Below the pieces are notes generated by a model, which was given only the letters and a program-made list of their open reading frames with translations, searched no databases and was not told where the DNA came from. A stretch of DNA of 64,000 bases from Candidatus Chazhemtobacterium aquaticus (GTDB taxonomy: Bacteria; Patescibacteriota; Microgenomatia; UBA1400; Chazhemtobacteraceae). The position numbers were made by a program, and so were the translations under genes. Positions 48,002-58,452 of the stretch are shown here, in pieces (within the stretch, counting starts at the first letter, position 1; every line of letters begins with the position of its first letter). Location: NCBI RefSeq assembly GCF_009936135.1, contig NZ_CP047901.1, positions 563,354-627,353 on the forward strand. Reading direction: 5' to 3'.

Positions 48002-49289
48002 TATCAGGTTTACTTGTCTCCGTCTGAGCTGGCTTAAGCAAGCTCTCAATCATGCCCATTCGGTTATATTTAATTACCCTCTCACCTCTAGCTGGCGCCC
48101 CAAACTTAACATAGTTTGCCCCCATCCCGACTGCAAAATCAGCGATAAAATCATCGTTTGTCTCGCCCGATCGATGTGACACCACTACCGCCAACTTGCT
48201 ATCCTTAGCCAATTTAATTACATCAACTGTCTCTGATATGGTGCCAATCTGGTTTGGTTTGATCAAAACAGCATTGCAGGCCTTTTTTTCAATCGCCTGT
48301 TTAAGTCTCTTCTTATTAGTCACCACCAAGTCATCAGCCACAATCAAAGTATTTGCCCCTATCTCACTGGTTAATTTCGCCCAACCATCAAAATCATCCT
48401 CCTTCAAACCGTCTTCCAGGGCAAACAGATTGTAATCTTTGTTCAACTGAACATAAAACTCAATCATCTCCTCAGTTGTTAAAGGCTGAGATTTATCCTT
48501 AACCACATACTTCCCATTCTTAAAAAACGAGTTACTAGCTGTATCAAGCCCTAAGAATATATCCTTACCCAATGTAAAGTTGCTTAAATTTATCGCCTCC
48601 ACCAGCAGTTCTAAGGCATCGGTGTTGGTATAAAGGTTTGGCGCAAAACCTCCCTCATCACCAACCGAATAAGCCGCATTTCGCTTGATTAACGACTCTT
48701 TAAGAGTCTGATAAACCGTCTCACCCATCCTCAAAGACTCGCCAAAAGACTGACGTGAAGAGGCGTAAATATGAAACTCCTGGAAATCCAAGTTATTACC
48801 TGCTCCATGTTTACCACCATTAATCAGATTAAAAATCGGTACCGGTAAGGATGACCAATTAAGACTTACCAAAGCATACTTCTCAGCCAAGTACTGGAAA
48901 ATTGCCCTACCGCTAATCAACGCTCCCAGTTCACACACCGCTTGGGACACTGACAAAATTGCGTTAGCTCCTAGTTTTGACTTGTTATCCGTACCATCAA
49001 GATCTATTAAAACCTTGTCTACTTTGGACTGGTACAAAGGATCCATCCCCACCACCTTAGGTGCGATTATCTTATTTACATTATCAACTGCCTTTATCAC
49101 CCCCATTCCCTTAAAGCGACTTGGGTCGCCATCCCGCAGCTCTACCGCTTCAAACTTACCTGTAGATGCACCAGAAGGAATAGCTGCTACTGCTGCTTGT
49201 CCTGTATCAGACCAAATGGTTGTCTCAATTGTCGGTGTTCCTCGTGAATCTAAAATCTCTCTCGCCTTTATTGCTTGTATCTTGGCCAT
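47988..49289 (-). CDS. eno: Enolase
   Basis: EILDSRG, PSGASTG, GDEGGFAP, SHRSGET. Confidence 0.98.
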   Translation of the reverse strand: MAKIQAIKAREILDSRGTPTIETTIWSDTGQAAVAAIPSGASTGKFEAVELRDGDPSRFKGMGVIKAVDNVNKIIAPKVVGMDPLYQSKVDKVLIDLDGTDNKSKLGANAILSVSQAVCELGALISGRAIFQYLAEKYALVSLNWSSLPVPIFNLINGGKHGAGNNLDFQEFHIYASSRQSFGESLRMGETVYQTLKESLIKRNAAYSVGDEGGFAPNLYTNTDALELLVEAINLSNFTLGKDIFLGLDTASNSFFKNGKYVVKDKSQPLTTEEMIEFYVQLNKDYNLFALEDGLKEDDFDGWAKLTSEIGANTLIVADDLVVTNKKRLKQAIEKKACNAVLIKPNQIGTISETVDVIKLAKDSKLAVVVSHRSGETNDDFIADFAVGMGANYVKFGAPARGERVIKYNRMGMIESLLKPAQTETSKPDNDRA

Positions 49290-49312
49290 ATCAGGATCAG
49301 TTTAACACAAGC

Positions 49313-51583
49313 CTATTTTCCACCAATCACCCTTTTTTCAGCCTGTGCCACAATCTCTCTAGTCCTCTCCACCGCGTCAGGAGATACCGACACCGAGGTG
49401 ATTCCCCATCTCACCAATTTCTCTACTAAATCAGGATACTGACTGGCTGCCTGACCACATAAACTAGCTGTTAAACCAAGCTTAACCGCCTTTTTAATGG
49501 CCGTCTCCAACATCCACAAAACCGCTGGATTTCTTTCATCATAAGCCCCCGCCACGTCCTCATTGTCTCGATCTACTCCTAGAGTTAACATGGTTAAGTC
49601 ATTTGACCCAATGCTGATTCCATCAATCCCTGCCTTGGCAAACTCCTCGAGCAAAATCACGTTACTAGGGATCTCCACCATCATCCACAACTTAAATGAA
49701 CTAGATCGGCTTAAGCCATTAGCCGCCACAATTCGTTTAACCTTAAGCAACTCATTTGGTTCATGAACAAATGGAATCATTAACCACAAATTCTTATATC
49801 CCAGCTTATCTCTCACCATCTTAATCGCCTCAAGCTCCATCTCAAATACCTGCTCATCAGTAATGTATCGCAGTGCCCCTCGATAGCCCAACATCGGATT
49901 AGGTTCCGGTCTTTCAAAATCCTTACCCCCGATTAAGTTCTGGTACTCATTGGTCTTAAAATCACTCGCGCGATACACTACCGGCCTGCTGCCAAAAGAC
50001 GAGGCAAACTGAGCCAGTCCCACTGCCAACGACCTCACATACTCTTTTCGCTTGCCATCTCTAAGCATCTTCTTGGGGTGCTTACCTATCTGCGCCATCA
50101 TAAACTCAGCTCGCAGCAACCCCACTCCATCCACATTCTTCTGGGCCACACTCGAAGCCAGTTCTGGCTCACCCAAATTAACATATACTTTAGTGGCCGT
50201 CTCTACCAAACCTGCACCAATATCTCGCTTAGTGTACTTCAGGTCTTGTTCTTTAGGTTTACCAGCAAATACCTCACCAGTTGTACCGTTAACTGTAATT
50301 AACTTCTCTTTCTTAAGAACTTTGGTTCCATCTTTACTGCCCACCACCGCTGGCACCCCCAGTTCCCTTGATACGATCGCCGCGTGCGAGGTTTGTCCTC
50401 CTGAGTTAGTCACAATCGCTACCGCTCTCTTCATCGCCGGCACAAAATCAGGAGTAGTCATCTCCGCTACCAACACATCTCCTTCCTTGATCTTGCTTAT
50501 TTCCTTGGCCGACTTTAATACCACCGGCCTGCCCCAAGCCACTCCAGGCGAAGCCGCATCTCCTTTAACCAATAACCTCAAACTAGATTCTTCCTTTAAG
50601 CTCATCTCAGACTGTCTCTCTACCGCCTCCATGGTTGTAATCGGTCTGGTCTGAACTACATACAACTTACCACCTTCCATGGCCCACTCTATATCCTGTG
50701 GGAATCGGTAATGGCTGTGTAGTTTCTCACCAATCTCAGCCAGCTTTACAATCAGGTCATCCTCTAGCTTCTGCCTGCCTACCTTCCACTTAGGCAAGGG
50801 ATACTCTTTGTTTACCCCATTTTTTCTGGTTAGCTCTTTCTTCTGCTCATTAATCTCCCTGGCATAAATGGTCATGTCATCTCGTCTTACCTCATAGTGA
50901 TCTGGTGTGTAGGTACCCTGAACAATCATCTCGCCCAAACCCCAAATAGCCTCGATTACAATAATCCGCTTATCATTATTTACCGGATTAATAGTAAACA
51001 TATTTCCACTTACCTCAGATGCCACCATCAGCTGCACCGGTACTGCCAAAGCCACCTGGAAATGATCAAAGCCATTGGTCTCTCTGTAAAAAATAGCTCT
51101 GGCCGTAAACAAAGATGCCCAAGCATCTCTGACTGCCTGAATAACTGCCGCCTCTCCTTTAATATCCAAAAAAGTAGATTGTTGTCCGGCAAAGCTAGCC
51201 TCGGGTAAATCCTCTGCTGTTGCCGAAGACCTAACCGCTACTAAGGGATTCTTAGTTTTACTGCTAAGTGATCTGTAATGTCTGATAATCGACTCCGCCA
51301 TCTCATCAGGAATATCCGCTTTTGAAACCATCTTCATGATCCGGTCTGCCGCCCTTTGCAGCTTATCCGAGTCCTTCACCTCAACCCCATCAAGCATTTC
51401 TCGAATCTTGCTATCAAAACCATTAAACTTCACCATCTCTCGATACGCTTGTGCCGTCACACAAAATCCATTCGGAACCGGAAAACCAGCTCGGGTCATC
51501 TCACCCAAATTTGCCCCCTTACCTCCTACCAAACCAATATCCTCACGATCAATCTCATTAAATTTTAAAACAAAAACAGACAT
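49313..51583 (-). CDS. ppsA: Phosphoenolpyruvate synthase
   Basis: VGGKGANLGEM, VRSSATAEDL, GGQTSHAAIVSRE, SIGSNDLT. Confidence 0.96.
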   Translation of the reverse strand: MSVFVLKFNEIDREDIGLVGGKGANLGEMTRAGFPVPNGFCVTAQAYREMVKFNGFDSKIREMLDGVEVKDSDKLQRAADRIMKMVSKADIPDEMAESIIRHYRSLSSKTKNPLVAVRSSATAEDLPEASFAGQQSTFLDIKGEAAVIQAVRDAWASLFTARAIFYRETNGFDHFQVALAVPVQLMVASEVSGNMFTINPVNNDKRIIVIEAIWGLGEMIVQGTYTPDHYEVRRDDMTIYAREINEQKKELTRKNGVNKEYPLPKWKVGRQKLEDDLIVKLAEIGEKLHSHYRFPQDIEWAMEGGKLYVVQTRPITTMEAVERQSEMSLKEESSLRLLVKGDAASPGVAWGRPVVLKSAKEISKIKEGDVLVAEMTTPDFVPAMKRAVAIVTNSGGQTSHAAIVSRELGVPAVVGSKDGTKVLKKEKLITVNGTTGEVFAGKPKEQDLKYTKRDIGAGLVETATKVYVNLGEPELASSVAQKNVDGVGLLRAEFMMAQIGKHPKKMLRDGKRKEYVRSLAVGLAQFASSFGSRPVVYRASDFKTNEYQNLIGGKDFERPEPNPMLGYRGALRYITDEQVFEMELEAIKMVRDKLGYKNLWLMIPFVHEPNELLKVKRIVAANGLSRSSSFKLWMMVEIPSNVILLEEFAKAGIDGISIGSNDLTMLTLGVDRDNEDVAGAYDERNPAVLWMLETAIKKAVKLGLTASLCGQAASQYPDLVEKLVRWGITSVSVSPDAVERTREIVAQAEKRVIGGK

Positions 51584-51625
51584 ACCTTCATCATAGGCAA
51601 CTTACATCAAAAAGGGAAGTTGCTC

Positions 51626-52696
51626 TTACTTTAATTTACTCTTGAAATAATCTACCCAGGGAATCGGCGCTGGATCAATCTTATGAAGTAAAGCTAAATA
51701 AAAGGAGACAAATCCACCAAAAGCTATCGTCTCCCACACCTGAGCCAGCGCCCCACTTGTCTCGGCCTTAATCCTAGTCACCCCATATCCTTGTTTAGTG
51801 ATTACCTCCTCAGTTAAAAGCAGACGCTTACTGATTACCGGGTCATACAGCTCACTATCAAATATCACGAAATGAAATACTTTTCTTAACTCCTTAGGGA
51901 AACTTAAACCTTCAAGTAAATGATGGTTTAACTCTGGTAAATCAAACCTAGCCGCAAAGGTCTTCGCATTCTCATTTAATTGGTTTTTAAATACATGAAT
52001 CGCACCGGTCAAGTGCTCGGCTCCAATCATAATCACCGCCTTTTCCTCTACTATCTCGGCTAACCGTTTAGCTGGATTTTCTTTAAACGGCCTATCCTTA
52101 CCCAAGATCTGTTGCTGGCTGCGCAAGTTGGCCAATACCTGAGTTACCAACTCAGACTCAATCTCAACGTGACCACAACGAGACAACACCATTAACACCG
52201 CCATCACGTTCATCCCAATGGCCATCCTTGGCTGTTTACTCGGGTTATATTCCTCATTCAGTTTCAAAACCGGCCAGTTATTTTTCTCTGCCACCTCCAC
52301 CAAACTACCCCCTCCAGCAATCACTACCACACAGGACTTTCTGGCCTCAGCTTCCTTGGCTGCATGAAGTACCTCCTCCGTACCACCAGAATAGCTTGAT
52401 AAGATCACCAAACTTCTTTCATCTACATAAGCAGGCAAATGGTAGTTATTTACAATCTCAAGTGGCAACATCAGCTTATCATTGCACATACTCTTAACCA
52501 CTCTAGCTCCCAAAGCTGATCCGCCCATACCCACAACTACCAAGTTATCAACCAGCCTACACGCCTTGCCTATTTTTAACTCCGTTAAGCCCTCCCACAA
52601 CCCACCAATTTGCTGAGGCAGTGTCAACACCGAGTCATACACCCGACTGCTATCCAGTTTGTAACTGCTTTCTTGATCTAGTTTATGTTTAAACAT
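51626..52696 (-). CDS. Bifunctional phosphoglucose/phosphomannose isomerase (SIS)
   Basis: GMGGS, SSYSGGTEE, QPR, QLNENAK, PELNHH. Confidence 0.92.
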   Translation of the reverse strand: MFKHKLDQESSYKLDSSRVYDSVLTLPQQIGGLWEGLTELKIGKACRLVDNLVVVGMGGSALGARVVKSMCNDKLMLPLEIVNNYHLPAYVDERSLVILSSYSGGTEEVLHAAKEAEARKSCVVVIAGGGSLVEVAEKNNWPVLKLNEEYNPSKQPRMAIGMNVMAVLMVLSRCGHVEIESELVTQVLANLRSQQQILGKDRPFKENPAKRLAEIVEEKAVIMIGAEHLTGAIHVFKNQLNENAKTFAARFDLPELNHHLLEGLSFPKELRKVFHFVIFDSELYDPVISKRLLLTEEVITKQGYGVTRIKAETSGALAQVWETIAFGGFVSFYLALLHKIDPAPIPWVDYFKSKLK

Positions 52697-54077
52697 GGCC
52701 GCCTAATTTTTTTAACATTGAAAGTACCTGTCCTCTTCGTCTCTCCAGTTTACCAACTTCGTATGCTTCTATGTTAAATCTTACCACTGGTTCGGTTCCA
52801 GAAGGACGCAGGTTAAACCAAAAATCTCCATACTCTACTGTAATTCCATCCGTTCTTCTTATCTGCTTTGGTTTACCCAAGCTTGATTGATCGGAAGTTA
52901 TCACCTGAAGCACCATCTCTATAAATCTGTCCCTATCATCCACTTTTACTGACATCTCCTCTGCCTTTTCATAAATACGAAACTCCTCCACCTGCTTACT
53001 TACTGGTCGATCATCACTGGAAATAGCCATCAGCAATATCAATGTGCCAACCAATGCCGAGTCGTTATAGTTATTCTCCTTAAAGTAAAAATGTCCTGAG
53101 TGTTCCCCGGCAAATATAGCTCGATTCTTTCTCATCATTGCCTTAATCAACGAGTGGCCTACTGGTGCCAGTAAAGGAGTTCCTCCATACTCTGATATCT
53201 TTTTAGGCACAATCTGGCTCATCACGCTGGTATACAACATCTTAGGTCTAGTTGTATATTTTCTATGTTCCAATAAATACTTAGCTAAGTAGGCGGTCAT
53301 CAAAGATCCCTCAACGACTCTCCCTTTCTCATCTACCATAATCACTCTGTCTGCATCCCCATCATAAGAAAAACCGCAGTCAGCCTTCTCCTCTCTCACC
53401 CGTTTTGACAATCCCTTCAGCGTGGCTGATAACAAAGGGTTGGGTAAGTGATTGGGGAAACTGCCATCGGGCTCAAAAAACATCTTCACCGCTTTAATCT
53501 GTGGCAAACGATTTAATGCCTCCACCAACTCTATCCCCGCAACACTGTTACCAGCATCAAACACCACCTTCATTGGTCTTATCGCTCTTGGGTTAACCAA
53601 TGAAAAAACATGATCCATCCACCTATTCATAATCTGTTTACTCACCACCTTGCCCTTAACCTTCTCCTTAAGGTGTATCTCACCCATCATCCCCTTAGCC
53701 AATTGCTCCAAATCACTCTTCTCGGTAGCTCTTCCCTTGTCTTTAGCAATGATTAACCCGTTGTACTCTTTTGGATTGTGAGATGAAGACACAATACAAG
53801 CCAAATCTACTTTTAGTTCCTTAGCAGCAAAATAGTTCATTGGTGTGGTGATCATCCCCAGATCAAACACCTTAACTCCAGCCCTCACAAAACCATCTAT
53901 CAAAGCCCTACTCAACCACGGTCCAGACAATCTCATATCTCTCCCCACAGATACCAATTTTGGATGATACATCTCACTTAAAACCAGCGCCAACCTGTAC
54001 ATCACTCCTTCATCAAGCTGCTCAGGATATATCCCCCTTATATCATTGTCCCTAAATATCTCTCTTTCTACTGGCAT
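52689..54077 (-). CDS. Phosphomannomutase/phosphoglucomutase
   Basis: DIRG, SSHNP, DGDADR, GEHSGH, RPSGTEP. Confidence 0.95.
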   Translation of the reverse strand: MPVEREIFRDNDIRGIYPEQLDEGVMYRLALVLSEMYHPKLVSVGRDMRLSGPWLSRALIDGFVRAGVKVFDLGMITTPMNYFAAKELKVDLACIVSSSHNPKEYNGLIIAKDKGRATEKSDLEQLAKGMMGEIHLKEKVKGKVVSKQIMNRWMDHVFSLVNPRAIRPMKVVFDAGNSVAGIELVEALNRLPQIKAVKMFFEPDGSFPNHLPNPLLSATLKGLSKRVREEKADCGFSYDGDADRVIMVDEKGRVVEGSLMTAYLAKYLLEHRKYTTRPKMLYTSVMSQIVPKKISEYGGTPLLAPVGHSLIKAMMRKNRAIFAGEHSGHFYFKENNYNDSALVGTLILLMAISSDDRPVSKQVEEFRIYEKAEEMSVKVDDRDRFIEMVLQVITSDQSSLGKPKQIRRTDGITVEYGDFWFNLRPSGTEPVVRFNIEAYEVGKLERRRGQVLSMLKKLGGHV

Positions 54078-54091
54078 ATTAGTTCATCACC

Positions 54092-54769
54092 TCATATTGA
54101 TAGTAACAGTAACTCCATTCTTGTTGCCAAGGGTAAGTTGCTTTTACCAAGCTTGGTTTCCTCCTCCAATCGATATATCTCCGTATGAAACCTTAACAAA
54201 CCCTCCATACCAAAGACATCTGCCTGTTTTTTAAGTTTTCCAGTCAACCACGACGGGCCCCTAAAACTAGTCGGGTCACTTAAAATGCTGATCAGCTGTC
54301 TTGTTTGTCGAAGTAACATAAAGAAAATTAGTTCTGCTGGCTCATTACTCGATAGCTCTTCCCATAAAGGCATAAAAGCTCGCTGACCTCCTGGTACTAC
54401 GCTTTCTAAGAATTTAAAAATCTTACTGTTTACCTTAAACTCTTTTATCTCAGCCTTTACTCCCTTAAGTTTTCTTCCATCCACCGGTTTTGGTTCCCAG
54501 ATAACTACCATCTCCGGACTTTCCTTTTTAAGATACTCAATCACTGCTTTTTTTGACGAGCTTGTCAGACCACTAAACAGCTCCTCAATCACTACCAATC
54601 GCAGATCACCAAACAATCCACCCGACTCAACCGCCTGGATTACCTCACTAAGATCTGCCTTTTTTGCCAACAAGGTCACCACCTCCACCCCCTTTAATCT
54701 TGCCTGCTCCTTATACTTATTTAAGTACTCTCTTGACTCAATCTGGTTATCTCCATGTATTATCTTCAT
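54092..54769 (-). CDS. holA: DNA polymerase III delta subunit-like (short HolA)
   Basis: IIHGDN, GLFGDLRLVVIE, IF..L, D/E..K.G...ELLL. Confidence 0.7.
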   Translation of the reverse strand: MKIIHGDNQIESREYLNKYKEQARLKGVEVVTLLAKKADLSEVIQAVESGGLFGDLRLVVIEELFSGLTSSSKKAVIEYLKKESPEMVVIWEPKPVDGRKLKGVKAEIKEFKVNSKIFKFLESVVPGGQRAFMPLWEELSSNEPAELIFFMLLRQTRQLISILSDPTSFRGPSWLTGKLKKQADVFGMEGLLRFHTEIYRLEEETKLGKSNLPLATRMELLLLSI

Positions 54770-55146
54770 CTCTTTAGTCTTTTAAACATCATTTCTACGG
54801 TCTGATGGGTTACCTGATGGCGTCTGCCCTTACCAATATGGGGTACCAAGGCTCCTGAAAATGTCTTGGGGATATGCATCAACTCGTGAATAATCACCCG
54901 CCATTGATCATCCTCACTTAAGTGGTCAAAATGCTGGCTTAAAAACTCAATACAGTAATGTGGCTTAACCTCCAAAGCTTCCTGCCAAATTCGAGGCATG
55001 GCGTAAATCCTTGCTCTAGCTCTAGCTGTTGCGCCTGTAGATCTAAAAGCCACTACCTGATCTGGCTTAATATGCTCCATATTAAGCCTTTCCACCACCT
55101 CCCTTATCCTCTCATCAAGATCACGCGCTCTTTCTAACTTCATCAC
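54766..55146 (-). CDS. Putative zinc metallopeptidase (phage-metallopeptidase-like)
   Basis: FDHLS..DQWRVIIHELMHIP (HExxH). Confidence 0.8.
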   Translation of the reverse strand: MMKLERARDLDERIREVVERLNMEHIKPDQVVAFRSTGATARARARIYAMPRIWQEALEVKPHYCIEFLSQHFDHLSEDDQWRVIIHELMHIPKTFSGALVPHIGKGRRHQVTHQTVEMMFKRLKR

Positions 55147-55152
55147 CTAACC

Positions 55153-56682
55153 CTAATCAATTTTTGCCTCCAAATCAACCTCATCCCTGACCTCAAATCG
55201 TTTTATCTCATCACCAATCTTGATTCCCTCAACATCAACTACCTCAAGCACCATATCCACCTCCTCATTCGGCCAGATTCGTTTATACGGCGTTGCATAA
55301 CTTGCGTTATCTATCCCCACTACCTTCCCGGACGAGATCCACACTATATATATGTCAAATCTCATCTCCTTCATCCAGAAGGCATATCTATCCTTGTTCT
55401 CAAACACAAACAGCATCCCCTCATTATCCTTCAGTCTGCTTCGCCCAGACAGTCCTCTAATCCTTTCATCATTAGTGTCAGCCACCTCAACCCAGTACTT
55501 TCTTCCCCCAATCTCCACCATCTCTTCGTGAGCCACTCTATCTCTGTTAAGTCCCAATATCCTTGCCAACCACAACCAGACACCCTCCCAATCAACTAAC
55601 TCAAATCTCTCAAAAATTGACTCACTACTATCCTTAGTCTCACTCACCACTCCTCCCTGTTTTATTTCCTCTAACACTTCTTGATTAAGCACAGGTTCAC
55701 CCTTAACCGCCAAGCTCCTCCACACCTGATACACCTCTCTGGGCTGGCCATTCATATCAAGGAAAGAAAAACCTACAAACGGACCGGCACCAGCTCTCAG
55801 TAAAAATGGAGTAATCGCCACGATCCGTGGGTCATTCCACACCTGGTCATGCGCCGTCTTCAAGTATGAAGCAGCAACTCGTTCATCCACAACACTCATA
55901 TCCCATCCAGTCTCGGTAATAAACACGGGCAAATCTCGATCTGTCCTTCTTGACACAAAATCAAGCTCAAAGCGGAAACTTGCTATCGATCGGTCAGTTC
56001 GGTCAGTCGGCCTACCCCTAAAGCCAGGATTAGGATATGCATGACTAGTCCAACCATCTATTTTCTCCAGAATCTCAGGCTGACGAGCAACCATTCTCTC
56101 CCAGTAGCTTCGCCAATGTAGACTCTCCCCGTTTGACGCCGCCGCGTTATCCATACCCGCTGGCAGAATGAAGAAGTCAGCAGACCTCTCCTTAAATATG
56201 GTCATTGCGTTCATTAGAGTATCGGCATATTTCTCAGGGGAAACGTATCCGCCATACTCATCAGCCCGATTCACTTCATTAAAGATCACCACGTATCGGT
56301 TCTTAGTCGGCCACGGCAAGTCGTTCAAAAAGTTAGCAAAATCAACCAGATCATAGTTATTAGGCTCATCCCAATGCAAGCCCGACACCACCGTAGCTAC
56401 CCTTACAATTGGTATCACCCTATTCTCAGCCGCCTGTCTCATAAACCTTATCCACTTCTCTCTGTTTCTATCAGTTGCCTGAATCGGTACCGTCACATAT
56501 CCCCATGCGCCAGTATCACCATTAACTAGCTTGGCCGCCTCCATTACCTCATTAGGATCCAGTACATGAATGCCGATTTTGTTGTTAGCTGTCAGGTTTG
56601 GGTCCTCAACCGCAATTACCCTTCCACCCCCACCGGCAATCAGAGCAAAAAATGTAACTAAAACTACAAAAAAGCGCTTCAT
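55153..56682 (-). CDS. Secreted clan GH-A glycoside hydrolase fused to a C-terminal DUF192 domain
   Basis: FNEVN acid/base, SHAYP, FITETGW nucleophile; EVADT..ER..GLS, GMLFVF, FWMKEM, VLEV. Confidence 0.8.
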   Translation of the reverse strand: MKRFFVVLVTFFALIAGGGGRVIAVEDPNLTANNKIGIHVLDPNEVMEAAKLVNGDTGAWGYVTVPIQATDRNREKWIRFMRQAAENRVIPIVRVATVVSGLHWDEPNNYDLVDFANFLNDLPWPTKNRYVVIFNEVNRADEYGGYVSPEKYADTLMNAMTIFKERSADFFILPAGMDNAAASNGESLHWRSYWERMVARQPEILEKIDGWTSHAYPNPGFRGRPTDRTDRSIASFRFELDFVSRRTDRDLPVFITETGWDMSVVDERVAASYLKTAHDQVWNDPRIVAITPFLLRAGAGPFVGFSFLDMNGQPREVYQVWRSLAVKGEPVLNQEVLEEIKQGGVVSETKDSSESIFERFELVDWEGVWLWLARILGLNRDRVAHEEMVEIGGRKYWVEVADTNDERIRGLSGRSRLKDNEGMLFVFENKDRYAFWMKEMRFDIYIVWISSGKVVGIDNASYATPYKRIWPNEEVDMVLEVVDVEGIKIGDEIKRFEVRDEVDLEAKID

Positions 56683-56762
56683 ATCTGTATATTAACATCA
56701 GTTAGCCTCGTAAGCAATCAAAAGGCCTAACTGCTAATTATTCCCACATAAGAGCTAGGTGT

Positions 56763-56800
56763 ATACCCGTAAGGGGATGGCCACATACCCGTAGGGGTAT
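56763..56800. repeat. Two tandem imperfect palindromes ATACCCGTA(A/G)GGG(G/T)AT
   Basis: ATACCCGTAAGGGGAT (56763-78) and ATACCCGTAGGGGTAT (56785-800), 22 bp apart. Confidence 0.7.
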
Positions 56801-56850
56801 CTATATCAGACTGTTGGTTTAACCCTCTCATCAGTCCATTAATCTAAACC

Positions 56851-57849
56851 CTATTTTACCCTTTTTATCTTCATTCCTAAATGCCGATAGCTTTCCTCGG
56901 TAACCATCCTTCCCCGGCTAGTTCGCTTCAACAAGCCAATCTGCATCAAAAAAGGCTCATACACATCCTTAATCGTCATCACATCCTCGTTTATCAACGC
57001 TGCCAAGGTCTCCACACCAACTGGTCCACCACCATGTTTCTCAATTACTGCCTTAAGCAATTTTCGGTCAATCTCATCCAACCCCAACTCATCTACCTCA
57101 AGTAGTTTCAAGGCCTTCAAAACCATCTCCCGATCTGCCTGTTTTACACCATGTACCTCAACGTAGTCTCTTACTCTTCTAAGTAGCTTTAGAGCCACTC
57201 TAGCCGTCCTTCTTGACCTTTTGGCCACCTCAAGGCATCCTTGATCATCCAATTTAAACTCCAACTTGTTAGCCGCATTGGCAACTATATTTTTAAGCTC
57301 TTCATCATCATAAAAACTTAACCGATGAATCACTCCAAACCGATCTCGTAGTGGAGCCGCCAACAACCCCACTCTGGTAGTGGCTCCTATCAAAGTGAAC
57401 TTAGCCAGTTCCAAACGCAACGACCTTGCCGTTGGACCCTTACCCAAAATTACATCCAGCACATAGTCCTCCATCGCCGGATACAGTGTTTCCTCCACCG
57501 TCTTGTTTAATCTATGAATCTCATCAATAAACAACACATCACCCTCCTGCAAGTTAGACAAAATTGATGCCAGATCTGCCGCTCGTTCAATCGCCGGACC
57601 TGAGGTTACTCTAATACTCACTCCCATCGACTTAGCTACCAAATGAGCCAGTGTTGTCTTACCTAAACCAGGGGGGCCATAAAATAAAATGTGTTCCAAT
57701 GGTTCCTTGCGGTTTTTAGCTGCCTTAATAGCGATATCTAAAGACTGTCTTAGTTTTTCCTGACCCACAAACTCATCCCACGACTCGGCTCGCAGATTAT
57801 TACCTTTCTCTACCTCCTCAGCTGCCACCACCACTTTATCTTCTACCAT
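56851..57849 (-). CDS. ruvB: Holliday junction branch migration helicase RuvB
   Basis: GPPGLGKTTLA, FIDEIHRL, PLRDRFG, GGPVG. Confidence 0.98.
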   Translation of the reverse strand: MVEDKVVVAAEEVEKGNNLRAESWDEFVGQEKLRQSLDIAIKAAKNRKEPLEHILFYGPPGLGKTTLAHLVAKSMGVSIRVTSGPAIERAADLASILSNLQEGDVLFIDEIHRLNKTVEETLYPAMEDYVLDVILGKGPTARSLRLELAKFTLIGATTRVGLLAAPLRDRFGVIHRLSFYDDEELKNIVANAANKLEFKLDDQGCLEVAKRSRRTARVALKLLRRVRDYVEVHGVKQADREMVLKALKLLEVDELGLDEIDRKLLKAVIEKHGGGPVGVETLAALINEDVMTIKDVYEPFLMQIGLLKRTSRGRMVTEESYRHLGMKIKRVK

Positions 57850-58408
57850 CTCGCAAAGCCAATCTAATTTGTTCCTCAGCCGATAACCGGCCGTCTATTT
57901 TCTTCAAACTCTCAACTGCTTCCGCCTTAGTTAACCCCAAGGCCACCAGACCTTTCAAAGCGTCAGCTTGATTTGGATAATCCGCTAAATCAAGTTTCTC
58001 ATCCCCGCCCAACTTACTCTTAAGATCAACAATCAGCCTTTGTGCTCCCTTAGTTCCAATGCCGGGTACAGCTGTAAAAAAACTAACATTACCGTTTCTG
58101 ATAGCCTCAACGATCTCACTTTTACTCCCAGACTCCATCACTGTCATAGCCATTTTAGGGCCGATCCCACTTACCGAGATGAGTTTCTCAAAGAGTTGTT
58201 TCTCCTCTTGGTCGGCAAAACCGTACAGGGCCAAGACCTCTTCTCTTACATGAGTGTAAATATCTAAAACAACTTGCTCATCCAAGACCAGTTTGTTGTT
58301 TAATCTTGCATTTACATTAACCTCATAACCCACCCCATTCACCTCAACGATTATCTTACCTGTCTCTTTCCTGATTACCTTACCTTTTAACAATCCAATC
58401 ATCGCCAC
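57836..58408 (-). CDS. ruvA: Holliday junction branch migration protein RuvA
   Basis: VNGVGYEV, LYGF, VSGIGPK, VPGIG.K.A. Confidence 0.96.
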   Translation of the reverse strand: MAMIGLLKGKVIRKETGKIIVEVNGVGYEVNVNARLNNKLVLDEQVVLDIYTHVREEVLALYGFADQEEKQLFEKLISVSGIGPKMAMTVMESGSKSEIVEAIRNGNVSFFTAVPGIGTKGAQRLIVDLKSKLGGDEKLDLADYPNQADALKGLVALGLTKAEAVESLKKIDGRLSAEEQIRLALRDGRR

Positions 58409-58452
58409 CTATTGTAACCCAATTTACTCATCACAGCTTAAGTCAAGCCTCC

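Noticed and set aside
50052-50654. 200-aa + strand ORF and similar antisense ORFs inside housekeeping genes
   Set aside because: In-register antisense shadows of ppsA and other genes, with no motifs
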